Assembly: GCA_002317155.1 (NCBI GenBank) | Contig: DCIR01000012.1 | Span: forward strand, 23,976 to 87,975 | Reading direction: 5' to 3' | Source: Lachnospiraceae bacterium UBA1721 | GTDB taxonomy: Bacteria; Bacillota; Clostridia; Lachnospirales; Lachnospiraceae | Length of the DNA: 64,000 bases | Shown here: positions 39,494 to 49,703 of the stretch, piece after piece | Layout: the number at the start of each line of letters is the position of its first letter | How positions within the stretch are numbered: position 1 is the first letter of the stretch | Translations under genes and position numbers: made by a program | The notes under the pieces: model-generated | What the model saw: the letters and a program-made list of their open reading frames with translations, nothing else | Told to the model about the DNA's origin: nothing | Databases searched by the model: none

Positions 39494-40420
39494 CTATCTG
39501 TTTGAAAGTGCCTGAGCGATATCTTCCTTCATAGCAATTACTGCTGCACGTGATGCATCGGCATAACCGGTCTCACCGTATGAAGCATAAGCCTCCTGCT
39601 GATATGCTGCGATAATTCCTCTTGAAGAGTTAATGATTGCTCCGAGTCCATCCTCGTTGAAGAAGTGAACAAGGTCAGCACCCTTACCACCCTGTGCTCC
39701 GTATCCGGGAACAAGGATAAAGGTCTTGGGCATAATCTTACGAAGAATCTTACCCTGCTCAGGATATGTAGCACCTACTACCGCGCCAACATAGCTGTAA
39801 GAATCACCCATGCACTCTGCGCCCCACTCAGCAACCTTCTCACCTACGAGCTCATACAAAGGTCTGCCGTCAACGATACGATCCTGGAACTCTCCGCTGC
39901 TGGGATTAGATGTCTTAACGAGAACGAAAATTCCCTTCTTCTCTTCCTGGCATACCTTGATGAAAGGCTTAACACCGTCTGATCCGAGATAAGGGTTAAC
40001 AGTTACAAAATCCTCGCTGAAGCCTGCGATTGAATTAGCTCCGATCTTAGCTTTTCCGAGATGTCCGATTGCATATGCCTCAGAAGTAGATCCGATGTCA
40101 CCTCTCTTAATATCGCCGATAACTACAAGTCCCTTCTCCTGGCAGTAATCACATGTCTTCTTAAAAGCCATCAATCCGGGAATGCCGAACTGCTCGTACA
40201 TAGCAACCTGAGGCTTAACTGCAGGAATAAGATCATATACTGCATCTACGATTCCCTTGTTGTACTGCCAAATTGCTTCAGCAGCGCCTTCAAGAGTCTC
40301 ACCATACTCTGCGAAAGCCTTCTTCTGAATATATTCCGGCACATACTTAAGCATGGGATCAAGTCCTACAACGATAGGTGCCTGAGTTTTCTGAATCTTT
40401 TCAATAAGCTTGTTAATCAT
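39494..40420 (-). CDS. pyrF: Orotidine-5'-phosphate decarboxylase (long subfamily)
   Basis: VVGLDP, KPQVAMYE, DIKRGDIGST, VGATYP, LVPGYGAQGG, NSSRGII. Confidence 0.95.
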   Translation of the reverse strand: MINKLIEKIQKTQAPIVVGLDPMLKYVPEYIQKKAFAEYGETLEGAAEAIWQYNKGIVDAVYDLIPAVKPQVAMYEQFGIPGLMAFKKTCDYCQEKGLVVIGDIKRGDIGSTSEAYAIGHLGKAKIGANSIAGFSEDFVTVNPYLGSDGVKPFIKVCQEEKKGIFVLVKTSNPSSGEFQDRIVDGRPLYELVGEKVAEWGAECMGDSYSYVGAVVGATYPEQGKILRKIMPKTFILVPGYGAQGGKGADLVHFFNEDGLGAIINSSRGIIAAYQQEAYASYGETGYADASRAAVIAMKEDIAQALSNR

Positions 40421-40423
40421 AAT

Positions 40424-41470
40424 TTACCTCGTATTTAAGAAAATCTGTTCTCTGATGGCTGTCTCATCACTCGGATACAATTCCAGATATGCATTTATTA
40501 ATGCATCCGCCTTTTGAAACTCGCCAAGATACTCATATATAACTATTTCATTAAAAGCCAGTGTCTGCATTACCGCAGGATCACCAACCTGCATACCCGC
40601 CTGAATACTTGAGAGCGCGCCGTCATAATCGCCCAGCTTCATTCGGCATACCGCCAGCTGATTGTGTACAAACGCATCACCCGGATTTCTTGCCAGATAG
40701 CTCTCATAAACATTTGATGCATAATTATTTTCTCCGACCGCTTCATAAGTCATTCCCAGATAAAGCGTTGCGTCGGAACTATTATTATCGGCAGCGCGAG
40801 CTTCCTCTAGGGCAACTGCTGCCGACTGATATTCTTCTTTGTAATAAAAAATCCTGCCTCTGTTCAGCGCACTCATGCTCTTCTCGTAGCTGGCAAGTGC
40901 ACTGTCAAGATACTCAAGTCCGTTTTCACGATAACCATGCTTCTGAAGTGACTCGTATATCTTGATAATCATGTCCACATCCTTGGGGTTCATGGCTATG
41001 GCGCGTTTGAAATCATCCTGCGCCGCAGTAAGACTTCCCTGAAGCAGTCTCACATTTCCCCTTAAGTAATAGCACTGCGGTTTTTCATACAGTCCGAGAA
41101 TAGCAGTATATGTATCCTCGGCCGCTACGTAATCACCCATTCCTATATAGCTCTCAGCCAGATAGAAATTAATATCAAGATCCATATCCTGGACAAAGCC
41201 ATTACTCAACGACAGTGCCTGTAAAAAACATTCCACAGCCTCGCTGTATCTGGCTTGTCCAAGATACGCAATTCCTCTTCCGCGAGCAATAAGTCGCGAG
41301 TCCTCCCCGCCTTCTTCCGCCTCATCAAAAAGAGCCAGCGCATTAGCATACTGTAATGCGCTGATCTGTTGCATACCTTCTTCAGTTTTCGTATTATCGC
41401 TTCCGCAGCCTGTTAACAGTCCGGCACATACCAGTACTGTCGCTGCAGCGACAAGCAAAAATCTTTTCAT
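40424..41470 (-). CDS. TPR-repeat lipoprotein
   Basis: Lipobox LLTGC; multiple TPR units. Confidence 0.85.
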   Translation of the reverse strand: MKRFLLVAAATVLVCAGLLTGCGSDNTKTEEGMQQISALQYANALALFDEAEEGGEDSRLIARGRGIAYLGQARYSEAVECFLQALSLSNGFVQDMDLDINFYLAESYIGMGDYVAAEDTYTAILGLYEKPQCYYLRGNVRLLQGSLTAAQDDFKRAIAMNPKDVDMIIKIYESLQKHGYRENGLEYLDSALASYEKSMSALNRGRIFYYKEEYQSAAVALEEARAADNNSSDATLYLGMTYEAVGENNYASNVYESYLARNPGDAFVHNQLAVCRMKLGDYDGALSSIQAGMQVGDPAVMQTLAFNEIVIYEYLGEFQKADALINAYLELYPSDETAIREQIFLNTR

Positions 41471-41526
41471 AAAACGGCTTCCGAAAAACTAAGGTCAACT
41501 GCTACTAAAACTCACTCAAGTGATAA

Positions 41527-42009
41527 TTACTGCTCTAACATTGATGTGCAGTGAGGGCAACGAGTAGCCTGAATGTCGATCTCGGTTCTGCAGTAAGGGC
41601 AAATCTTGGTAGTAGGAGCTGCAGGTGCTTCCTCGGGCTTCTTTTTCTTACCAGATTCCTTAATCTTGTTGATGAGCTTAATAAGTCCAAACAAAGCAAT
41701 TGCAGTTACGAAGAATGAAATGATTGCAGCGATGAAAGCGCCGATTGCAAAATAAGGATATGCAATATGAGCGTCGAACTCTTCATTGAGCCAGGTAATC
41801 CAAGGGAATTTGATAGAGAATCCCATTGTAGCGAATCCGAATCCACCAAAGATTGAGTTGATTAACGGATTGATGATATCAGCTACAAGTGAATTAACAA
41901 TTGCTGTAAAAGCAGAACCAATGATGATACCAACTGCCATATCCAGCACGTTTCCTCTGCTGATAAACTCCTTAAATTCGGTTATAACACCTTTTCCTTT
42001 TTTAGCCAT
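41527..42009 (-). CDS. mscL: Large-conductance mechanosensitive channel with C-terminal zinc ribbon
   Basis: EFKEFISRGNVLDMAVGIIIG; CPYC-x10-CPHC tail. Start 42009 after GGAGG (ORF track 42231). Confidence 0.93.
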   Translation of the reverse strand: MAKKGKGVITEFKEFISRGNVLDMAVGIIIGSAFTAIVNSLVADIINPLINSIFGGFGFATMGFSIKFPWITWLNEEFDAHIAYPYFAIGAFIAAIISFFVTAIALFGLIKLINKIKESGKKKKPEEAPAAPTTKICPYCRTEIDIQATRCPHCTSMLEQ

Positions 42010-42151
42010 TTTTCTTATCCTCCATGCTAATTGATGTGTACTTTTTGGATTTCGTATTTCTGCGAAATCATACATTGTTATTTTATCAATTTTCAGCGAT
42101 ATCATCAAGGAAAAAAGCCCGAAATAATCATTTATTTCGTTTAATTTATCC

Positions 42152-42180
42152 TTGACACCCAACCGTCCGTATTCTATTCT
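42152..42180 (+). promoter_or_regulatory. sigmaA-type promoter upstream of comEC
   Basis: TTGACA (42152-42157), 17 nt, TATTCT (42175-42180). Confidence 0.55.
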
Positions 42181-42311
42181 TTTGAAGACAGTTTTCTGTA
42201 TCAAAAATAAATTCTTTTTTGTCAAAATCAAATGCTTTAGTCAAAGCAGCAATCAATCTCACTAAAAATTATAAAATCATATAAAATTATCCAAATATAA
42301 GGAAGGTCCCC

Positions 42312-44648
42312 ATGAAACGTCCCTTGTTCACATTCTGCCTTTTTGTTATTTCTGTGCTCGTTATTCTTACGTGCTGCGGAGTGTTTTCCAAAGAAGGTAA
42401 CTCTGCTTTACTGCCCGAACACGGTTCAGTCATCACTGTAATCGGCACGGTCTGCAAAACAGATTCCGACAAAATCTATATAAACCATCTGCAAATCTTT
42501 CAATCATCAGAAGCTTCTTCCACTCTCCCTGACAAGTTTACATTTTCAATATCCTTAGACGAATTAGTCGATACCACCCCTCCTCGCATCGGTAATTCAG
42601 TTAAAATCACCGGAGAATTCAGGCAATTCTCGCATGCAACCAATCCCGGCGAATTCGATGCCTACGACTACTATGCCGCGATAAACATATACGGTTCTCT
42701 ACGAAAAACCGAAATCTCTGTCACAGACAATCGTATCTATCCCATAAGGCACTTCTTATATCTGATAAAAAATGCCGGAATGTCTGCAATAAAGTCTGCA
42801 TATTCTCCTGTTGATGCATCGATAATGAATGATTTGCTCTTCGGCGACAAATCCGGCTTAGACCCTGAAATCAAAGAACTCTATCAACGCGTAGGTATTT
42901 CGCACATTCTATCGATTTCAAGCCTGCACATCAGCATAATAGGTCTTGGTATTTTTTCTCTTCTAAGGCGGTTACGATGTCCCGTAAAACTCTCGGCAAT
43001 TATAAGTGCTTCTGTATTGATTATGTTCGGAATCATGACAGGTATGAGTATATCTGCCATCAGAGCCATCGGAATATACATAATCGGTATGATGGCTAAG
43101 CTGCTCGGTCGAACCACCGATACTCTCACTTCTTTATCATTGGTTGCCGTAATCATTTTACTGATCAATCCTTCACAGCTTACCTCATGTGGTTTTTTAT
43201 TATCTTTTGGTTCTGTCACGGGTATCTGCTGCCTGTATCCATCTCTTAAGAAAATAGCTTCAGATTATTGGCATCCGAAAGCTCGATATTGCCCCGATAC
43301 TCATCTGCAAAAAATATCCGGATATCTGAAGAAATTGCTATACGCGTTACTCAATTCACTGCTCGCCGGAATATCACTTACCATTACCACTCTTCCAATA
43401 CAGCTTTACTTTTTCTATGAGATACCTCTTTTCTCAACATTCCTTAATCTGATGGTAATTCCACTTATGTCCATTCTGATGATATGTGGTTATTTGTCTG
43501 TCTTTTGTCCTTTTCTGTATATTCCCGGCAAAATATGTGAACTAATCCTGCGATTCTATAAAGCTTCCGCCGAGCTGTTTGAGTCGTTCCCTCACGGACA
43601 GTGGAATCCCGGAAGGCCGACACCTTGGCTTATTATTCTTTATTATCTTTTATGGCTATTCGTGGTTATGTATCCGCACATTAAGCAATATATAAAAAAA
43701 CCACTTAAAATAAGATTATTCAAATCAATCATCAGTATTCGTGACCATATTGTTTGCATAACACCAGTTATTTTTATTCTTTTAATTATAGGGTTCAACA
43801 GTCCTACACTTCCCACCAACAGTGTGATTTTCATAAATGTCGGCCAAGGAGACTGCATCCTGGTTTACACTGACAGTAAGGATGTCCTCATTATAGACGG
43901 AGGCTCCAGCAGCCGATCCGGCGTCGGACAATACGTTATCAAAAGTACATTAAAATACTATGGTTTCTCACATATTTCCGCTATCTATATCTCCCATCCT
44001 GATAATGACCATATAAACGGGATTGTCGAATTACTTAGCAACAGTCAAAAGTGGAACCTACGCATAGACAATTTGTATCTGGCAAAATATGCCAATAGCG
44101 AGACACTCGAAATAAATGCTTTGCAAACAAATGCACCGCAAACAAACACTTCCCTAATATCCTCGGGATATATTGCTGACTATGGCTCAGTACATATAGA
44201 TTGTCTGCATCCAACTGTAGACTTTGAATCTCCTGATACAAACGAAGCATCCATGTGTCTACTCTTAACCTTTAACAACAGCCATGTCTACGAAAATCCA
44301 GATTACAAAACAACTTTGCTATTATGCGGTGATATATCCGGTTTTGGCGAAGAGCTACTCAACGATGCAATTTTACCGCATTCACCCATAACTCTTCTTA
44401 AGGTATCGCACCATGGTTCAAGATATTCCACCACTGATGCTTTTCTGTCCGCAGCCGCTCCCAGCCTTGCTTTTATATCTGCAGGCGCCAATAATAATTA
44501 CGGGCATCCTCACGCAGAGACCTTGCAGAGACTTAAAGAGCATGGATGCACCTACTACTCAACAATAGACTGTGGCGCTATCACAATAAATATCAAGCCC
44601 AGCTGTATTACCATCAAAAAATATATAGATTTGTATAATGCTGACTAA
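42312..44648 (+). CDS. comEC: DNA uptake channel ComEC/Rec2 with MBL domain
   Basis: NPGEFD, SHILSISSLH, FLLSF, NVGQGD, SHPDNDH, KVSHHGS, NNYGHPH. Confidence 0.93.
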   Translation: MKRPLFTFCLFVISVLVILTCCGVFSKEGNSALLPEHGSVITVIGTVCKTDSDKIYINHLQIFQSSEASSTLPDKFTFSISLDELVDTTPPRIGNSVKITGEFRQFSHATNPGEFDAYDYYAAINIYGSLRKTEISVTDNRIYPIRHFLYLIKNAGMSAIKSAYSPVDASIMNDLLFGDKSGLDPEIKELYQRVGISHILSISSLHISIIGLGIFSLLRRLRCPVKLSAIISASVLIMFGIMTGMSISAIRAIGIYIIGMMAKLLGRTTDTLTSLSLVAVIILLINPSQLTSCGFLLSFGSVTGICCLYPSLKKIASDYWHPKARYCPDTHLQKISGYLKKLLYALLNSLLAGISLTITTLPIQLYFFYEIPLFSTFLNLMVIPLMSILMICGYLSVFCPFLYIPGKICELILRFYKASAELFESFPHGQWNPGRPTPWLIILYYLLWLFVVMYPHIKQYIKKPLKIRLFKSIISIRDHIVCITPVIFILLIIGFNSPTLPTNSVIFINVGQGDCILVYTDSKDVLIIDGGSSSRSGVGQYVIKSTLKYYGFSHISAIYISHPDNDHINGIVELLSNSQKWNLRIDNLYLAKYANSETLEINALQTNAPQTNTSLISSGYIADYGSVHIDCLHPTVDFESPDTNEASMCLLLTFNNSHVYENPDYKTTLLLCGDISGFGEELLNDAILPHSPITLLKVSHHGSRYSTTDAFLSAAAPSLAFISAGANNNYGHPHAETLQRLKEHGCTYYSTIDCGAITINIKPSCITIKKYIDLYNAD

Positions 44649-44733
44649 AGCAGATGCGAAACTAGCCAATGTAAGCCAGACGCTGACCAATGCAAGCCCT
44701 ACGCTGACCAATGCAAGCCCTACGCTGACCAGC
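44640..44733. repeat. 21-bp minisatellite, about 4.5 copies
   Basis: GCTGACCAATGCAAGCCCTAC exact at 44682 and 44703, partial at 44724, degenerate at 44661 and 44640. Confidence 0.9.
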
Positions 44734-44800
44734 GCGGAGCTATAAAGTAAAAAAACTACCGACATTTTCTGTCGATAGCTTTTATCATTTTAATATCTGT

Positions 44801-44870
44801 TGTTTATATCTGTTTATATCCGTTTGTATCAGCCTATATCTGCTTGTATCTGCTTGTATCTGTTAGTATT
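44801..44870. repeat. 10-bp tandem array x7 (consensus TGYTTRTATC)
   Basis: tgtttatatc tgtttatatc cgtttgtatc agcctatatc tgcttgtatc tgcttgtatc tgttagtatt. Confidence 0.9.
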
Positions 44871-44881
44871 CTCCCACCTGC

Positions 44882-45883
44882 TTATATCAGTGATATTAAC
44901 AATGTCTCTACTCCAAGCACATCACTTATGTGTCCGGTCTTGATATCTTCATCAGTCTGGACACATCTTTTCAGAATCTTCTTAAGCTCTGCAGCCGAAT
45001 ATCTCGATGCCTGTGACATATACTTGCTGATGAAATATCCCCTTATGCCCATCTTCTGAGCAATCACATCCCTCTGCTCGCCGTCATCTCTTAAGAGCCT
45101 TATCTGAAGCAGCTGATTGTATTGCTTTTCAAGAAGAGAAAGCATCTTGATAGGCGGCACCTTCAATGCGAGCAAATCATAATACAATTCCATAGTCTTG
45201 TTTGCATTTTTATCGGCAATGGCATCCAGCATATCAAAGATTCTGTCCTCGATGTTTTCACTGCATATAGTATCTACATCCTCATCAGTAATAACATCTC
45301 GATCCAGGCAATATGTGACAAGCTTTTCAAGCTCACTTCGAAGCATAGCCATGTCGGTACCTGTCTTATCCAATATTTTATTGGCTGTATTGACGCTGAT
45401 CATCTTACCTTCTTTTTTTAAGAAGGATCCAATTACACCCTGAAGGGACTCTCGTGTCTGGTAATCTATCTGTGCAACCGTACCGTTCTGAGCAACAGCT
45501 TTGTACAGCTTGCTTCTCTCATCAACTTCGCTCTCGCAAAAAATGAACACAGCTGTCTCGCAGGGATTTTCCATATACTCTGCCAGCTGCTCACCGCCGG
45601 CCTTAAACAGCCCTGTATCCCTGAAAACCATGACACGCTTATCTGCAAACAGAGGCATAGTCTCAGCCTGATCGATAATCTGCCCCACAACAACGTTTTT
45701 ACCATCATAGTAATGAGTATTCATACCATCTTTCTCACCACCGAATTTGGCAAAAATCATATCAGCATACTGCTTACGCAGATATCTCTCCTCACCATAC
45801 AGGAGGACAATATTTTTTAAGCTTCCGGTGCGAAGCTGCATTTTCAATTGTTCAAAGGACTGCTGCGCATCTTTTTGCTTCAT
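44882..45883 (-). CDS. holA: DNA polymerase III delta subunit
   Basis: LLYGEERYL, TMPLFADKRV, ELEKL, IFDMLDAI; next to comEC. Confidence 0.92.
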   Translation of the reverse strand: MKQKDAQQSFEQLKMQLRTGSLKNIVLLYGEERYLRKQYADMIFAKFGGEKDGMNTHYYDGKNVVVGQIIDQAETMPLFADKRVMVFRDTGLFKAGGEQLAEYMENPCETAVFIFCESEVDERSKLYKAVAQNGTVAQIDYQTRESLQGVIGSFLKKEGKMISVNTANKILDKTGTDMAMLRSELEKLVTYCLDRDVITDEDVDTICSENIEDRIFDMLDAIADKNANKTMELYYDLLALKVPPIKMLSLLEKQYNQLLQIRLLRDDGEQRDVIAQKMGIRGYFISKYMSQASRYSAAELKKILKRCVQTDEDIKTGHISDVLGVETLLISLI

Positions 45884-46836
45884 CAGTTATTTTCCTCGCT
45901 GGTATTGGTTTCCAACACAGTGGTCATCTCGGTATTTCTCTCATATGACGAGGTAAATACACTCGGAATCTCTCCGTTTATCAATATCTGTACCTTCTTA
46001 ACAGAAGTCAGTTCTGTAAGTGAATTAACAATCGAATATATCGAATTCTCTATAGGCACATTGTTAACAGCATTTAAGAATGAAGAATCCAGGTTCACAT
46101 AGCATACGCTGTCGATGGTACTTACGCTTATGATATTAGTCTCGGGATTGATAGTAGGATACAGTCCTTCGACCTGTCCGCTCGGACCATCTATCAGTTC
46201 CTCGACTATAAACATCTCCAGCGGTACGTTTGTAGAATAAAACTTATCTCTGTACGCACCTATAAGCTTATCTCCACTTTCGTTGGCAAAATAGAGCTTT
46301 ACGATGACTTCATCGTAAGTATTGATAGCATTACCGTCATTATAGATAAATGTATCAGCAGTCATCCAGCCGACAGTCTGTCCCATAGCATCTACCAACG
46401 GTTCTCCCTCAACAGTAAACACTACATATCTGACCGAACTAATCTGGACAATAGTCTTAACAATAGCCGCACGTACAAGCACTTCGCTTGTGCTGGAGAG
46501 TTCCTTGTAGGTTATATTAAAATCAATCGTAACCCTGTTAGCATCAACCACAACGGAATTGATTGACACCATCGCCAAAGGTGCCTTGTACTCTAATTTA
46601 TCAGGGGTACGTCCCAAAAAATCAATCATCTGGTTGATTTTTTCCTCAGTCGTCTCACCCGTAACATCAAAGTAATGTGCCTCGATTCCGGTCTCTCCGT
46701 TGCTCACAAAATAAATCGGAGTTCCGCCGGGCTTCGTCTGCTCACCGCATCCGATCAGAGCAAAAACCATGCATATAGCCAACGCTACCACACATATGCA
46801 ATTATTCAATTTTTTCATTAAACAATTCTTATTCAT
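45883..46836 (-). CDS. GerMN-domain lipoprotein
   Basis: Lipobox LIGC; two GerMN-like units (LYFAN...EELIDGP...SIVNSLTEL...VQILING). Confidence 0.85.
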   Translation of the reverse strand: MNKNCLMKKLNNCICVVALAICMVFALIGCGEQTKPGGTPIYFVSNGETGIEAHYFDVTGETTEEKINQMIDFLGRTPDKLEYKAPLAMVSINSVVVDANRVTIDFNITYKELSSTSEVLVRAAIVKTIVQISSVRYVVFTVEGEPLVDAMGQTVGWMTADTFIYNDGNAINTYDEVIVKLYFANESGDKLIGAYRDKFYSTNVPLEMFIVEELIDGPSGQVEGLYPTINPETNIISVSTIDSVCYVNLDSSFLNAVNNVPIENSIYSIVNSLTELTSVKKVQILINGEIPSVFTSSYERNTEMTTVLETNTSEENN

Positions 46837-46849
46837 ACGGTCTCCGCAG

Positions 46850-48343
46850 CTACTTGTCTATAATTACATTGCCTGAATATGTAAGTGGAATTTTTATCGT
46901 AAAATTAGATCCCACATCCGGTTCACTTGTTACTGTCACAGATCCTCTGTGCATCAAAATAGCGTTTCTGGTAATCGCAAGTCCCAGTCCGGTTCCGCCA
47001 ATTTCGCGCGAATGTGATTTGTCCACTCGATAAAAACGCTCATAAATATGCGGTAGCGCATCCTCAGGAATACCGATACCGGAATCTTCAACAGATACTG
47101 TGAAAAACTGATGATCAGCATCCAAATTAACATGCACCCATCCGTGGTCTTTGTTATATTTGATTGCATTCTCCACCAGATTACTCAATACAAGCGAAAT
47201 CTTTACTTCATCGATATCTGCAATAATCTCACGGCTTGAATTAAGCACCACCTCTATATCCTTCTTGCGGGCGATGGGCCTTAGTCGTTTCAAAATCATT
47301 TCCGTCAGTTCATTGATATTGACCGAGGTAACATTCATATCCTGATTGGTTCTATCCATCTTAACCAATGCGAGCAAGTCCGTGATAATACGATTTTCTC
47401 TGTCAATCTCGGATGCAATATCTTCCATGAACTCTCTATACATTTCAGCCGGAGCGTCGGGCTGCATCAACAGCGAATCCGCGAGCACTTTGACCGATGT
47501 CATAGGCGTCTTAAGCTCATGTGAGACATTTGCCACGAACTCTTCTCTCGAATCATCAAGAGCTTTCATACGTATAAGTAACTGGTTAAAAGCATCTGAA
47601 ATCTTTACAGTCTCAGTATACGATTTTACCGAGATCGGCTCGTTACTATAGCCGGCCTTAACCTCTGCAATGGCATTGGTAATTTTCTGGAAAGGTCTTG
47701 TCAGTACGCCCGAAATAAAGAATGCAAAAATGATAACCAGAATTACTGTCAAAATCTCAATTGCAATCGCTATTCTGTTAAGAACCGTAATAGTCGATTT
47801 GATAGTCGAATTCGAGATACTGGTAAGCATTACACCCTGAATCGCAGTATCTCCGTCATCAGTAGTATCCACAACCGGAGTCGTCATCTCGATGTAACCA
47901 TGCTCAGCATCATAACGGTAAGTATTTATTCCCTTAAAGCAGGAAATAACCTCCTCTGAAATCATGGTACGTCCTTCAGAGATGTTATATGTATCAAGCG
48001 CAATCTTAAAATTGGGCTCGATAATCATAACTCGGCCTTCATAAAGATTGGCCAGCATATCAAGCTCCGCCTCAATGATCTCATGCGATTCCTTTTTATT
48101 TGGACTGTGTGCGTTATAATCCTTCAGGAAATCATTGGCCACCAGGTGGTTGGTTATAACCGTCAGCTGGTTTTGGACCGTCTGAGCGCGCAGTTCTACC
48201 GCCTCATCCTCATAAGTCTTCACAATCGAATACTCCATGACGATGCTGGGTACTGTACCAATCAGTAACAATATTAAAAAAATACGGGCCCGCAGGCTTC
48301 GCATGCGGACCACGTCCCATATTTTTTCAAACTTATCCTTCAC
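46850..48343 (-). CDS. Membrane sensor histidine kinase (HAMP-HisKA-HATPase)
   Basis: VSHELKTPMT, NLVENAIKY, DSGIGI, GGTGLGL. Confidence 0.95.
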   Translation of the reverse strand: MKDKFEKIWDVVRMRSLRARIFLILLLIGTVPSIVMEYSIVKTYEDEAVELRAQTVQNQLTVITNHLVANDFLKDYNAHSPNKKESHEIIEAELDMLANLYEGRVMIIEPNFKIALDTYNISEGRTMISEEVISCFKGINTYRYDAEHGYIEMTTPVVDTTDDGDTAIQGVMLTSISNSTIKSTITVLNRIAIAIEILTVILVIIFAFFISGVLTRPFQKITNAIAEVKAGYSNEPISVKSYTETVKISDAFNQLLIRMKALDDSREEFVANVSHELKTPMTSVKVLADSLLMQPDAPAEMYREFMEDIASEIDRENRIITDLLALVKMDRTNQDMNVTSVNINELTEMILKRLRPIARKKDIEVVLNSSREIIADIDEVKISLVLSNLVENAIKYNKDHGWVHVNLDADHQFFTVSVEDSGIGIPEDALPHIYERFYRVDKSHSREIGGTGLGLAITRNAILMHRGSVTVTSEPDVGSNFTIKIPLTYSGNVIIDK

Positions 48344-48344
48344 G

Positions 48345-49049
48345 TTAGTTTTCCTTGTTGAGGAAGTAATATCCTACGCCCCATTTAGTGTGTACATAAA
48401 GTGGATTGCCCGAATCCTTTTCAATCTTCTCACGAAGTCTTCTGATATGAACATCAACAGTTCTGACATCGCCGGGATAATCGGTCCCCCATACCAGATT
48501 CATCAGATTCTCTCTGGTATATACTCTGTCAGGATTGCGCATAAGAATCTCAAGCACTTCAAATTCCTTACTGGTAAGTGCAATCTCTTCGTCATCAATA
48601 AATGCTCTTCTTCCGTCACAATCAAGACTTATCTTACCACTTGTAAGAACATTTCTTCCGTTATCACCGGCTGAAGACTTTTTAGGCTCTACGCGTCTGA
48701 AAATAGCCTTGATTCTGGCTTTAACTTCAAGAATATTAAAAGGCTTGGTTATATAATCGTCCGCACCATACTCAAGTCCGAGGATCTTATCCATATCCTC
48801 GCCCTTGGCAGTAAGCATAATAATAGGCACATTAGAGAACTCTCTGATCTGCTGACATACCTCATATCCGTTAAACTTAGGAAGCATAAGGTCTAAGAGA
48901 ATAATGTCATAATCGTTATTCTTGGCCATATCAACAGCTTCCTCGCCATCATAAGCACAATCAACGGTCATATCATCCTGCTCAAGACTGAACTTTATTC
49001 CCTTTACTATCAACTTTTCATCATCTACAACCAAAACCTTCTTGGGCAT
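48345..49049 (-). CDS. OmpR/WalR-like response regulator
   Basis: VVDDE, LLDLMLP, GADDYITKPF, RTVDVHIRRLREK. Likely start 49049. Confidence 0.95.
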   Translation of the reverse strand: MPKKVLVVDDEKLIVKGIKFSLEQDDMTVDCAYDGEEAVDMAKNNDYDIILLDLMLPKFNGYEVCQQIREFSNVPIIMLTAKGEDMDKILGLEYGADDYITKPFNILEVKARIKAIFRRVEPKKSSAGDNGRNVLTSGKISLDCDGRRAFIDDEEIALTSKEFEVLEILMRNPDRVYTRENLMNLVWGTDYPGDVRTVDVHIRRLREKIEKDSGNPLYVHTKWGVGYYFLNKEN

Positions 49050-49082
49050 AACACTCTCCACATTCACTATTTATTTCACACT

Positions 49083-49703
49083 TTATTGGACACATATATA
49101 GGCTTCCAGCTTTGCATATGTCGCCTCACCTATACCGGACACCTTCATGATATCCTCAGCCTTCTCAAACAGGCCGTAATTATTTCTGTACTCAATTATT
49201 GCGTTGGCTCTCGTCTCTCCGATTCCGGGCACACTGCACAGTCTGTTCACATCGGCAGTATTAATATTTACCGGATATGAATCTCCCGATTGTGACATCC
49301 CCTCGCCACCTGCGTCCTGAATTCCCAATTCCTGATTCATATCTTCATCGATATAAGGAAAATACAGTCTCTGTCCATCAGAAACCTCAGCCGCCAGATT
49401 AACGTAAATCGTATTGGCGCCTTCATCAAATCCGCCCGCAAGCTCAAGTACATACTCCGCCCTGCTTCCCTCCGGAACACATTTAACTCCGGGTTCAAGC
49501 ACAGCGCCACATGCGTATACAAAAATCATTTTTTCTTCTACCGTTTCATCAGTACATTCATCCTCTTCCGGCACATCATCCACAACCGATGCAGCCACAT
49601 TAGTGCTGATATTCTCAATCGTTGTTGTATGAGCCGAACATGCCGTAAATACTGACAAAATCGTTAAAATAACGCATGCTATTATTGGTGATTTTATTTT
49701 CAT
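49083..49703 (-). CDS. comEA: Competence protein ComEA (SLBB plus HhH)
   Basis: VYACGAV-x2-PGV, VNLAAEVSDG, VNINTA, VPGIGETRA. Confidence 0.9.
   Translation of the reverse strand: MKIKSPIIACVILTILSVFTACSAHTTTIENISTNVAASVVDDVPEEDECTDETVEEKMIFVYACGAVLEPGVKCVPEGSRAEYVLELAGGFDEGANTIYVNLAAEVSDGQRLYFPYIDEDMNQELGIQDAGGEGMSQSGDSYPVNINTADVNRLCSVPGIGETRANAIIEYRNNYGLFEKAEDIMKVSGIGEATYAKLEAYICVQ

Noticed and set aside
42010-42231. 74-aa N-terminal extension of MscL in the ORF track
   Set aside because: A strong GGAGG precedes ATG 42009; the extension is intergenic and promoter DNA.
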